Source of the DNA: Phoronis australis
Taxonomy: Eukaryota > Animalia > Phoronida
NCBI GenBank assembly: GCA_002633005.1
Contig: NMRA01000023.1
Span: forward strand, 335,656 to 399,655
Direction of reading: 5' to 3'
Length of the DNA: 64,000 nucleotides
A program made the position numbers and the translations under genes. Shown in pieces: positions 51,765 to 64,000 of this stretch. The number at the start of each line of letters is the position of its first letter. The stretch's first letter is position 1. Below the pieces are notes generated by a model. The model ran no database searches. It was not told the origin of the DNA and saw nothing but the letters and a program-made list of their open reading frames with translations.

Positions 51765-52528
51765 ATACAGGAGTAGTAAACTATAATATGCATGGTGGTC
51801 CAAATGTTTAAGTTGTGAAATATTGTGTAATGAAACGTTCAGTCCCTGTACCTTGCACCCATTTTACCAAATTATTTGTTCTTGTATTGGTGCAAACTGC
51901 ATCAGATTCCTATTCAACAGTTCCTGTAAAAATGGCAAGGCTGGTTTAGAATGCAATGAAATATGCATTTTCTACAAGTTCTTCATACATGCAGTTTTTT
52001 TACCAAATTAAGTCCCCATGTACTAATTGGCTTCAGGAAGCCATGTTTGAGCCTTGCTATAGCCATCACTGGACTGTTTACCACTAGATGACTGTCTTAG
52101 TGGCTGTGTTGCCACTACAGTGTTTCGAGATTTTGATGCGCTTGAAAGGTCCTGTTGTTGGCTTTGTACTTGGTTCAAGTTTTCCATCAATAAAGTTTGC
52201 TTTCTCCTTAGGGCTTTTGTTTTGTTTCCAGCAAAAATGATATGTGGGTTGGGAAACTAAGCTTGTATCCAATTTTGCTGCTTGATACAATTCCTCACCT
52301 CGTGAATCTGGTTGTACTTTTTTGATGTTCAAGGCGATTAGTTGACGTAAGTGGTAGCAATGAGACCTATCCAAAGATGTGCGAATTATCTCTGAATGAT
52401 TATTAAACAGACAGTGAGACTACAAGGAAAGTGTATGGATGTACAACATGGGATTGTAAAAGCTGGCATTTCTTAACTTCTTCCCGGACAAATGAGCAAG
52501 ACGTAGGAAGGGTAACAATTCCAAGTGA

Positions 52529-53760
52529 CTAACGAGAGCAGCGCGCATCGCATATAAGGTAGACACAAGGGACGATTACTATTTTGAATATAACTACAAA
52601 ATGGAGCAATGCTAATAAACGAAGATAGCCTCTGTGGGTGCATTGCTCTCCAATAGAAACTCGCCTGCGGAGCCCGTAAATTAGACTTGGCACTGGGAGC
52701 ACCGTTGTGGTCAGTACATACAAACGTCCTCTGTTGTCACATTCATAGAAATGTACTTGCAACGTTGTGTAAAGTTCTAGCACTAGGAGGGAGAAACAGC
52801 TGCAGATGCCAAAGAGGCCACTTGACTAAGGGGCACCACAAGTAGTCAAACTGCAAAAATCGTCAACCATGCTCCTAACAGTATGAACACAATCCCATGC
52901 TAGGAATTGGGTCTGTCTGAATGTCAGTTGTCGCCTTCATACAAACACACTTGCCAAATTTAACAAAGGTCCTACAGAGGGTTTGGGAGTCGGTCACAGA
53001 TGAAAAAAAATAAAACTGCCATTAGCAGGCAGCACAGTGATGTCCAAAAATGATCTTCAATTGTCTTCTTTGCAGTAAAAACACAGGCCAATTTTCATAA
53101 ACATCCTGCGAGTGGTTTGGCCAACAACGGTGAATACCAAAAACAGACTCAAAAATAATAAAAACAGCTACTTGGTGGCATGCACTACATTTAATCCTCT
53201 TTTAATATAAATCTGCCAAATTTCATAAACATCCATCCAGAAACTCCTAAGATACAGAGGGAAACTGGGAAAAAAAAATTTCAAAAGGGGGCACAGCCAC
53301 AGTTGGATCCATCCAAAAGTCGTCTCACTTGTCACCTTCATATAAATACACTTGCAGCAGGATGTTTAGTAGATACAGCCATGGACACAAAAAAGCAAAA
53401 CGGTCACTAGGAGCCCTCCATTAAAATAGCCATCCTCTTCCAAGTAGGAACATATGTGAATTTTCAGTCTCGTCCTTAGGCTGATTTGACCTACAGAGAG
53501 ACAAATGGCAAAACAAAAAAACTCGAAAACACTAAAAATGGCCTGTTTGCCTAATTTCTTAAAAATACATTAAGGAACATCAAAGATAGAGGCAAACGGA
53601 AAGAACTACAATTGCCGCTAAGTGGCATACAAGTAGTCAGATCTGTCCGAAAATTCGCTCATGCCGTCTCATCCACGAAAGGAACATATTTGCAAAATTT
53701 AATGGGCATATGTCAAGGGGTTTTGGACGTGTAACAGCAGACGACGGGTGGATGTTTCGA
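52529..53760 (-). mobile_element. Degenerate HINE-like repeat between the DDX6 and FBL 3' ends
   Basis: Reverse complement of the CTAGTGGC / GTATCTCCTAAA-type units; end ...GCGCGCTGCTCTCGTT. Confidence 0.5.
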
Positions 53761-53871
53761 AACACCACAGGCCTGAAGACTAGGTTCTTTAGACAGTCCC
53801 TGAAAAACAATGGCCCGAAAGGACACACCACTCTTACTCCATAACAAACAGATAAGTACATAAAACATTAC

Positions 53872-53877
53872 TTTATT
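53872..53877 (-). terminator. Candidate fibrillarin polyadenylation signal
   Basis: TTTATT on + strand (AATAAA on -), about 510 nt after the stop codon. Confidence 0.5.
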
Positions 53878-54387
53878 GGTTAAATGCATTCAATACACCT
53901 ACTACTACTTTCCTACCACCAACTTGCACCAGAAAATAAATGTGCAAGCCTAGATATACAAAACATGGTCAAAATTGAACAAATGATAAAATTCAATCAG
54001 AGTGCACAGCACATATCAAGTCTGGGCGTTGCAAATTTCTCCACAATTATTCTGACTGGATTAATGATAGGAAGCAAGTGTTGCAATTCACTTTCTGAAA
54101 CTCGTCATTTTACTACATAAAAACAGCTGGTGTACACCAAAGCGGGGGACTGCTGTGATGTCCCATCGCTGAAAACGGCGAGCACACCTTAATAAATGAG
54201 CTGGCATTTGCCAAGTGCTGATGTAGAGATACCAGAAGATCTCCAACTGTTTTTATAAAGGCACTGTCTTGATGACGCCACAACTGACCAATAAGTCTTT
54301 GTGTACTTGGCGCTTTTCACTCCAAAACTCTCAACAATGCAGTTTTTGTACACAATTTCAAAGTGTCTAATGCCCACAGGTTGCAGC

Positions 54388-57300
54388 CTACTTCTTGGGA
54401 GGAGCTCTGAAAAAGATCATCAATGGATAGTTAATAAGCTGAACACAAAGCAAGCTTACTTACAATGCTTGTTCAGGTTGATGCCCAAGACATCGAGATG
54501 CACAAAGCTAGGGAGAGGTCAGTAAGTAAAGCAGTGACTGGCTTACGAAAATATCAAGTCAGGGGTACTAGTCAACCAGAACGACCCATTTAAGATAACA
54601 ACCATTGATTTTATCACATGCGACCTAAACAAAACATCAGCCAAATATTTACAATGCATTGTTTGTTATGCCGATAAAAGCATATTTGACTTGGCCCGAA
54701 ACCTGCAACTCAACCCTCAAAAAAGCACCACCCTGCATCATTTTTAGCAGAGCAAACGCATCAAAGCATGTAATGCCAACCACATCCACCACCTGATTTG
54801 GCTTTAATGACTTCAAACAGGCTATAACCACCAACTCGAATGCATCGGTACTGTCAAGATGGTTCCTTTTGTGTATTCCCACATTTCACCAGTACTCACA
54901 CCAAACTAATCTGACAATCAGTATCAACAAAATGAAGTTCTCTAAGCCTGAAAATGCATCTCAAATGATTACTGATCTCACCCAGAGACTGGGTGAGATC
55001 AGAACGTAAGGTAGTGCCCGCTTGAAAGGTCATATCTTTCATCATGAGTATGGTCCTACTTGAACTGTCATAAAGGAGAATAATATCTTTTTGGAGGAGT
55101 TTCTGCTAATTTGGCACACTTTACTTGGTAAAAAATATATAAAGCATTTTTAGTACCTTTCTATAATACCACACCCACATCTACATACAAATATATTTCT
55201 ATAATACCACAACCACATTTACATATAAATATATATGTGGGCGCAGAAAAATGAAATTACATTAATAGAAGTAACTTTTTTCAAGCCAGGAGAGTAAAAA
55301 CATAAAATGAACCACAGTAACACGACATTATTCAGCCTGGTTTCAAACACCAACTAATTAACAATTACTTCAAAACCCATAACCACCAGGGTTTCCCCTG
55401 CGTGTAAACTTCTGGATGGCCCGCTACGCGTATTTGTGGCCCCGCCACTCGTAAATCATACTCAAATTGACCGCCACACAGCTAATCGTGACAGGGAAAC
55501 TTCACCGCCACGCAAAAATCGCTAGTAAAAATTATCGCTAGTAAAAATGATCGCTAGTAATAATGAATAAGTACAAGTCACACGGCACCCTTCGCTGTTT
55601 GGGATCTTGAAATGTGCCCCCGTTAAACACAGTCATTCAATCCCCAATCTCCTTTCGTACCTTGTTTCTGCCTGGTTATCCGACAATGCACATATACTTA
55701 ATACAGCCGGGGACCAGGCAACGGCTTCGATACAAATTTTCTAAAATGGGAAAGCGCCTGGGCTCGCTAATGAAGTAAGAAACAGTAAGATTTCTGCTTC
55801 ATTCATTTTATCGTGTCCAAGTTTACAAAAGACATTGTGAATTATACTGCAGGGCATGATATCCAACAGTTTAATCAACCATAGCCCTGCGCCAAAATGA
55901 CGATATCGAATGTTAACCAGTCTCAGATTCGTCTGCATGGACTGGATTATTACATCGTCTGCTACGCCGGCCAATGCCAATCCACTATCACTGATTTATG
56001 TTTAGCAAGACGGTATCAACGGAAGTTTCGTTACACTAATTAGTTTATTACGTCTACAAAGTTCAAATATTTTTTGTTCTATGTTTGTCACATCGTGGAT
56101 ATTACTGAATTTTAACTGTTTTTTGTACTCAAGTGCGACAGAGATCACACTATGCCAGACACTTCATTGCCAAATTGTCTTGCGAAGTGTTCTTTACCCA
56201 GATACTTCCACTACATGATGCTCGGGTTAAGGTCTCGCCCAATTACATCTAATTTTCAAAATTTGCCTGGGAAAGGCCCNCCCCCCCCCCCCCGAATGGG
56301 AGCATCTCACTTTATCCCATGCTCGCATATGGTGCCGGGTTCCGCATCCGCGTGAAGCATTCACCACCACGCTCCTTTCGAAATCCAGCTAATAGGGGGA
56401 TCCCATTTCTCATATTCGCATGCAGCAACGGGCTTTGCACCCCGTTTTGGCCATTCACCACCACGCTCCTTGCAAAACCCAGGGAAACACTGACCACTGT
56501 CTAATCTGAGTAAGGACGGAGACCAGTTTTACTTTGATAACAGGTCTAAATCAACAGTTGACAGGCAGCAGGTTTTATACCAGCGTCAAATGGTCAAATA
56601 CAAAAAATGAAATACGGTACCTATAGACTCCAACCACGACCGCGTGATCCCTCTCATAGGGTTCTAGTGTGATCTGTTCTTGTGGTTTAATCTTTTCTCC
56701 TTTGAGTTTATTCACTTCTCCAGCAAACACTGCCTCTGCCTCAGCTGTCGAGTCAATGCAGTTTGCCTGTAGGAGTAAGGTAGACAACTACAGAAGTTTT
56801 CAAAATAAACTGTACAAAACCGTGACTAAATATCTGTTTCTTTTTAGTAATACTAGAATCCGTTTCAATTTTGGTTAAATCTCGCCACTCAGGTGTTGCT
56901 CCACGCACGTTGTCAAAACCACAACTTAATGCACAACTCACCTGTAGGCACAATAATGTTCCATTAAATTTTGATAAATATAACTGCCAAAACAGGGCAA
57001 CTAAACTGTCAAATAACTCTGGCAAGATGTCTATCCAAGTTTGACAGAGTCTGTCAAAGAGTTCTGCTGCAGTCCATCTAGTTATTTTGAAAACTATTTT
57101 ACTTGTGACACACAAGACCTATCTCAGTGCTCACAACAATTTTTTCCATTAATTAAGAAGCCGGCAATTTTGATTGAAAGAGCAAAGCTGTTGACGTGCT
57201 ACTATTTAGAAAAAAATTAACAATATCATTTAGTAAATCGACCTAAAAGCCATTCCAAAATGCTGATATTCTTTTAAGTAAAATTAAGTACTCAATCAAC

Positions 57301-60300
57301 ATATAATTGTACTTAATTTGCATTTAAACAACAAATCAATTCGGGACATTTGGTCTTGCCATGTTCATAGTGCTGGAGTCTTTAAAAAGACACGGACACT
57401 TTCTCGGAAAATACAGTAATAAGCAAGTAGTCCCCTGTTCACAGTTTCTCCAATACAATGTTAGGTTTGTTCTTGGCAAGTCCAGTAGCTTGATACAAAA
57501 TGAACTCTGACCATACGGTCATGAAACAAAAAAAGCATTCTACTTCATGGCTAGTGCCAAATTCGATGACTTGCAGTCTGAAGTCGTCATGCAATTTAGT
57601 AAATATGAGCAGGAGACCGAAACAAAATCTCCATCCCTTACTCATTCACATTAACGAAAAGGAAAACAAACAAAATGCAAAGTAACAAAACACCATGTTT
57701 ACTGTTCCTCCTCTTATTTAATACAATGGTTTAATGGCACATACTCAGATATAACCTACCTTAATTGAGATGACTATGTGTCCATTATTTTTCAGGAAGT
57801 TGTGAGCATTAATAGCTACAATTCGCGCCTGGTCCGGTTGGGCAACGTCCGCAAATATGGTATCTACCATACCTAAGAAAAGTTAGAGCAATTCACAGTT
57901 TCATTGCACAATTACACTGTTACTGGAAAATGAAATGAACAGCCTTGATTGGGATAATGATCAGTAACACATACAGTTTAAGTAAAAAAATCAGGAATGG
58001 TGACAAATTACACCAGCTCAGGCTCAACTGCTTTCAGAAACCAAATGGTGAAGTAAGACGTGGCCTCGCATTAACCCTTTTTAAAGGAATCATAATAGAA
58101 ACCTAAGTTTAAGTCCCAAAAACTTCTTTCCAAATAATACTCCTTCAACACATAATTTTTTCAATGTAAAAAAATTTAAAAAAAAACAGTCAATCGAGCG
58201 TGTCATATTTTGATGTTAGTTGTGTTGAGAAAGAAACCTCAATCAAGTTTGAGTGAACTGAAACAATTTTGGATTTCTGGAGTCACCGCAACAGGACAGT
58301 GTACAAGATTTGTCGAACTTTTTGACTACCATATCAAAACAACATTGTTGCATACAGGATTGCAAACTAAGAGATCACTTTCAGTCGTTCATTTAATGTT
58401 CTAACTGCCAATGTGTGGTAAAAATTGTCGAGTAAGGAAACAATGAAAAATTTTTTTTGCTCAAGATTGGGGCTTGTACCAAATTTAGGAAATGGGCAAT
58501 TCTGTCCATTCCATATTCAGGAATTAAGATCAACAAAAACCGACTATTCACTTCGATGTCACTCACTATGGGGGTGTGAGAACACATCACATCAGCACCT
58601 ACGTTTGATGATTTTATGAATTGCCAAGCATATTTTCAGACCCTGTTGATACGTAATGAAGTGTATGATGTTTGGGAAGTCTGATGAGCGGCTAAGTCAC
58701 TCAAAATTTTAACGACTGTCAGAAATAGAATTTTTGTCGAAGACAGAAAACTTGCTACAAAGCGCAGTTATGTCTCACCAACAAGCATTCTATATTTGTG
58801 AGGGTGTCTGGCATCCTCAATGATAGGAATGATATTGGTCCTCTTCTTGGCAACATTCAGCAGATCTCGACCACTTCTATGAGAGAACTCGACTGCATAA
58901 ACGAGACCCTCCTGCAAATGCAAAGGGCAGTAGAACTGTTGAAATCTGTATAACCAAATGACTCGTTACTGTGCCAATTACCAACAGTACGCATGCAGAT
59001 GTAAACTTTTAAATTCTAAATAGCGAGTTATAATAAAACACAGGTGCAAGTGCCTAGATTAATGCCCTGGTGTTGCTCCACCTACAGACATAATGGGTAA
59101 AACGACATTCCCATCTCAAAATGTCCTGAAATGTTAAACATACTAACTTATGGAAAGACCTGTGGAAAAGTAGATAATGTCAATACAACCTTATACTTCA
59201 ATGCTCATTTAACACCTGAGAAAGACTTCAACTGACATTTGCATTCGTCAGTTCAGCACTTAATTTGGTGACTTGGGAAAAATTCAAAGTCGTCACTGCA
59301 AGTATCGCAGTCAGACAATAATTCCCTCCATGTTTCAAAGTGAGAGTTGACTTCCAAACTTTAAATAACTAAGTTTTCCTAGATTTATTACCTTTGATTC
59401 ACAATTAACCTATTTATTTCTTGAAATCAGTGCATTTGCCACCACGATTAAACAGACAGAAGTTGGTGTTATTGGGCAAAAATCGGGCAAGATCTGCAAA
59501 ATTCAGCCCATGCAGCCGTCTGCATTCTATGCCCTGTTTCTTGTTAGTGGGAGCAATTGAGTTGGAGAATGAAGGTGATTTAGTATTCACGTGGGAACTT
59601 GGAGAAGTGCAAAAGAATGCGTGGCTCTACAACGGCCGTTACGTCAGTACTAAGCCTTGGACTTGATTTAGGAGTCTGAGATTTTCAGTTTTGGCAACCT
59701 CAGATTTTGTTTGGCAACTGGGATTTTTGCCGTCGCAAAATGCGACTTGGCATTTAGCTTATGGTCAAGCGTTGCAGTTACTAGATTTTGAAGAATTACT
59801 CAATTACTAGTCCAAGTCATCCTCATTCATTTATTCACAAACTCGATACCACGAAATGTCAGGACTCCTGAGGAAAAAACAATGAAGCCAAATTTTTTGA
59901 AGACTAGTACCTAATTTTCAAAGGCACTTTTGGTCAATTTAGCATTAATCTTAAGTGTTTTTAAGCATTTTTAGTAGACTTTTATCACAACAAAATGAAT
60001 AATTCCTAAAATTGCAAGTGTGACCCTGTAAGTCAGTCGTCAAATGTAAACACTGTGTGTCTGATTGATTGTATTGTTGAGGCATTAGTCCGATTACATG
60101 TTTATGGCATCATTACCCAAGTCAGCAAGTAAATTGTTCCATGTATGTAAGAGGGCTCCAACTGAAAATCAGGGCATCAGTCATTGAACAAAGTTGCCAG
60201 AACAGAAAAGTTTGAGAACGCAACCTACTCAGATCAGATTACATTTTGGTAACATCATTTTGCCAAACTCTTTGTTTAAAGAAATACTATCACCTTTTGG

Positions 60301-63202
60301 AAATCAAGTAAGACACAAAATAATTTGAGGGAAAGTAAAATGTGCCAAATTGACCATACATGTCTTAAAACATACTGCTCCCTTTTCTTTTTACTTAACA
60401 TTTTTGGTCTTACTTTTGCACTGGTTAGCTGGCTAAAATGGAAATTGAATTAAGTTTTGTACTCCCATGAAATCGGTCTCATAATATCCCTAATGGTTGC
60501 CATTAATAACATCAAAACCATCAGCCATTTGAGGAAACACTTCAGTTTTCACTAAACTGCGAATTTGAAAATATCACATGTTGAACTGGCCGAGACTTTA
60601 GTTGGTAGGAATTATAAACATCATGAGAACAAATTATGGGAGTACAATGTTTTATTTGTTTTTTTGTTTATAGCCAACTAAACAGGGTAAAATGCAGGTT
60701 TAAAATTTAATATGAAGAAGTCAAAAGTCCCGAACCACATCACAAAAAGCTGAAAACCTGAAGTGCTTCCACCGGACAAGCGTCCAAGGATACGATCCCA
60801 TAGCCAATAGCCCAGTGAATAAGATGAAAGCTTTCAAGAATCTTCGATAAGTTCTTATTTGTGTTTAAAAATGACATCCGCAAAACTTACAGGTCCGACG
60901 ATGTCTGACACGTGACTAACTGTTGTTCCAGATGCAGCTCCGAGGTATAAAACTTTACTGCCAGGCTTCATGTGGATTTTGTCAACGCCTCCCAAAATGG
61001 CTGCTGCAAGCTTTGACCTAAACGGGTTCCAGGCTCTGTACTCCTTCTTCGCGTCACCTTCCTGGATAAAGAGACAATAACTGACAATACGTGGCAGCAT
61101 AAGAAGAGCAACTTTGTTGGACATAAGTCGTAAATCCCTGAAATCAAATATGTAACATTTCTCACAAACTCATTTTTAACTTGCAAGGTTTGGGAAATAA
61201 TGCGAGCAAAATTTGGAAATGACATTTCCCTACCGACAAGTCACTCCAAGAGTCTACATTTCGGCAATACACCAAACGACAGCTTTTGTTTCGATAATTC
61301 CTGACACGATTTATGTTGCACAGTGATAGGATATTGAAAAAGCCATATTACATACACCAACGGCAATTTTCTTCTCTCCATACACAGCATCACCCGGCAC
61401 CATGTTCAATGTGACAAGCGCATCTTCCTTCCCTCGAGCAATGTACACCCCTTCGTGTCTATGTGGTTCAACGACAACAGATTTACCACCACCAAATCCT
61501 CCTGTGAAAACAGAAAGTGACATGTCATAAGCTTGTCGCATCAGTATGGAAACCTAAAATTTTAAACACACGCTTCATCCAGATTGCAGACTTAACCAAA
61601 GCCAAGAATTAAATATTCCAGCAAAAAAGAATACAACTTCCCTTTTTGTAACCTGGATTCATCAATACTAGGTATGTTAATCTTCACTGAACGTTAAATT
61701 TGACAATTCTGTAGAAATATACACTCACATGAATGTGCAGTAACATTACAGAGCATTGCAACAGTGAAGACAAACATGTCAAATCTTTACTTAACTTGTT
61801 GCACCCGTCACTTACCTCTGCCACCTCTGCCCCCTCCACGACCCCTTCCGCGACCTCCGCCCCGGTCTCCACCACGCCCACCTATAGTAAACAAATGTGG
61901 AATAATATCCGATGACTAAACTTTACAGGAAAATTTATGCTCTGTTACCATCATTTACATTTCCCAGCCAATTCAAATTCATTTCACACTTTGTTCATAC
62001 TTTGTTCACACTCGACAGAATACAATTGCTTAGTATGTATATCAAAAGGCACCACTTGCTAACACCACCCTTTAAAACTTTACATTTTCAAACTTAATTA
62101 AAAACTTCACAAGAGCTCCATTACGACCACAATACAAAAAACAAGAAATGCTAACTTTCTTTACTTCAGAACCAGATTATTTGTGGGGATCAAAAATTTT
62201 ACTTACAAGAGGAATGCTGGGGCACCTGGTAGTGTGAAACAAGATGTCCCAAGGTAATAGCCATATTACTAAAATAGTGCCCAACATTGCTTCATCTAAT
62301 AATAGGGAAATAGCCAAGTCACAATCCATGACTTCCAGACATTGCCATAGCCTCCACAGAAGTTTTTTATACAAACATGCCAATTCCGTTTCTGCATTAT
62401 ACCAGGTAAAAGGAGTGCCTTGAACTATCGAGGTCTACTTCATACCTGTGGTTTGCACAATAAAGGGTGCAACACAAATCAGGAACAATTTGTCATTTTC
62501 CTTTACAAAATGCACTCCACAAATAGTTCTGTACAGAACCTGATTTCAGTTGAAAGTAGTGGTAAACTGTAACATCTCGAAACACACATACAATGTTAAG
62601 AGTGGGACTACCACCCTGGCTCTTGGAACTAGAAGCTCTATGTATAAAAGAACATTCGACTCACCTCTGGGGCTAAAGCCTCCACCTCGGCCACCTCTGA
62701 AGCCGCCACCACCACCACCCCGGGGACTGAAACCTCCTGGAACAAATGCAGGGTATTACGCATAAGAACTGCCAATTAATTATCTTTAATGAGGAACTTC
62801 TATTAAGGTAAATTTTGAAATTTTTGGAGGTGCATCAAAAATGACCATTTTTAAAAGCCAAATGACAATAAAATCCCATTTTAATAAACTTGTAAAACAT
62901 GATAGCAAAATGCACTAATATATTACATGACTGTAATTTACGAAATGCTCGTAACTTAGTGTGTTCTAAACTGACGATTAAAACAGGAAAAGATAATATT
63001 CAATGTTAACTTCGGTATCAGATTCCAAAATTATTTATGGTCTAACGAAGTGTTCAGAAACTTCATGGACTCTCAAATTTTAAAGCTCAATAATCAGCAC
63101 ACAAATACTAGAACCTCAATCTAAAACTCCACTTACCTCTGCCTCCTCTACCACCACGACCCCCACGGTCAAAACCACCTCGGCCACCTCTTGGTGAAAA
63201 AC
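54388..63202 (-). CDS. FBL: Fibrillarin (rRNA 2'-O-methyltransferase), 5'-partial, 9 exons seen
   Basis: Exons 63202-63137, 62736-62665, 61881-61816 (GAR/RGG), 61501-61356 ([21 protein letters not shown]), 61061-60891 ([32 protein letters not shown]), 58911-58779, 57872-57760 ([12 protein letters not shown]), 56766-56621 ([20 protein letters not shown]), 54406-54388 (RAPPKK*). All phases compatible; start exon not found in the window. Confidence 0.97.
55387..56492. mobile_element. Non-autonomous TIR element (CAG..CTG termini) with 5-bp TSD ACCAC
   Basis: CAGGGTTTCCC ... GGGAAACACTG; ACCAC at 55382-55386 and 56493-56497. Confidence 0.7.
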
Positions 63203-63248
63203 CTGAAAATGGAATTATTATTCAAATTATTATTATCATGATTACCAT

Positions 63249-63442
63249 TGTAAATCTACCAAGACTTGAACTAGGGTTCCCCGTGTGACAGTCGAGCGTC
63301 TAAATAGTTCGGTCAACAGGCAACTGTCACTTGGCAAGCAATTCATACGACTCTAGTCTCTAACTCACACCCGGAAGTCATGCATCACAACACTCCTCCC
63401 CTTCTATGGCTCAAGCATGCCACCTTGCCCTCAGGTCTGCCA
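63249..63442 (-). mobile_element. tRNA-containing LTR-like element (PBS-like, PPT, TG..CA LTR with tRNA-Asp-like core)
   Basis: On - strand: TGGCAGA (63442-63436), AGAAGGGGAGGAG (63405-63393), TGTTG...TTTACA (63392-63249) containing CTGTCAC...GTTCAAGTC. Confidence 0.5.
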
Positions 63443-63556
63443 CATCTCTAGTTGCTGGAGCATGGCTCTGTCTTTCCCAACAGGAGTTCTGACATCTCAT
63501 CTGGTTGTGGATTCTACTGCTGTTGGGCTCAAATGCGGATAAATGTGACGATATCC

Positions 63557-64000
63557 AGGGCTCGACGTTATTAAAATCGCCAGGTCGCATTTTGCGACCT
63601 AGCAAAAATCCCAGGTCGCATTTTCAAAATCCAGCTCGCATTCGTAAATGCCAGGTCGCAAAATTTTCCCGCCATTTTTACGCGCCAAAATAGATTTTTT
63701 AGATCATCGACAAATTGCTCTTACTTGCAGCGTTAAATACTCACAAATTTCGGATCTCAAAATTGACTTCATTCATACAGGTACGGCCTTACTGTTCTTC
63801 ACGACCGCCATTGAAAGACTCTAGAGCGCAAGGCAAGTTGCAGACGTGAAAGTTGAATCAGTGCTCTCTAACTGACTTGTGCATTCGAGTAGCTAAACTT
63901 GCGATGTGAAAAGGGAGAAAATGCCCCTTGAAAAAGTATCCGGGATATTTTTAGATCTGGCCTGCTACTGGTTGTCATCAAAGTCGTTAACGATTCAAAC
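63557..64000. mobile_element. Left end of a hAT-like MITE running off the window
   Basis: CAGGGCTCGAC terminus with repeated CCAGGTCGCA subterminal motifs. Confidence 0.5.

Noticed and set aside
48462-53900. Many short ORFs between DDX6 and FBL
   Set aside because: No recognisable domains or splice-consistent structure; consistent with UTR and repeat sequence.
60030-60265. Two minus-strand ATGATG(C/T)...CTGA segments in a fibrillarin intron
   Set aside because: Imperfect C boxes, short stems and no convincing guide next to a D box; would need Infernal or small-RNA evidence.

Overview
Eukaryotic (animal, probably invertebrate) genomic DNA with spliceosomal introns, many non-autonomous transposons and one N gap. 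Four protein-coding genes were reconstructed by hand from splice sites and reading frame. (1) A 2-exon ecdysteroid-kinase-like (EcKL/DUF227) gene, + strand, 1521-9972. (2) A 10-coding-exon uncharacterised coiled-coil gene, - strand, 13014-28795. (3) DDX6/Me31B, + strand, 37859-48461. (4) Fibrillarin, - strand, 54388 to beyond 63202; its first exon was not found. The main finding is five near-identical 62-nt box C/D snoRNAs, one in each of DDX6 coding introns 2-6. Each appears to join a SNORD38/U38-type D' guide and a SNORD48/U48-type D guide aimed at abutting 28S rRNA sites, and the host gene lies tail-to-tail with fibrillarin, the box C/D methyltransferase. Mobile DNA includes an IS3EU-like element with a 6-bp TSD, a MITE nested in its own family, a Penelope GIY-YIG fragment with a decayed hammerhead ribozyme, and a tRNA-containing LTR-like element. 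Family assignments and rRNA numbering are recalled from memory, not searched.
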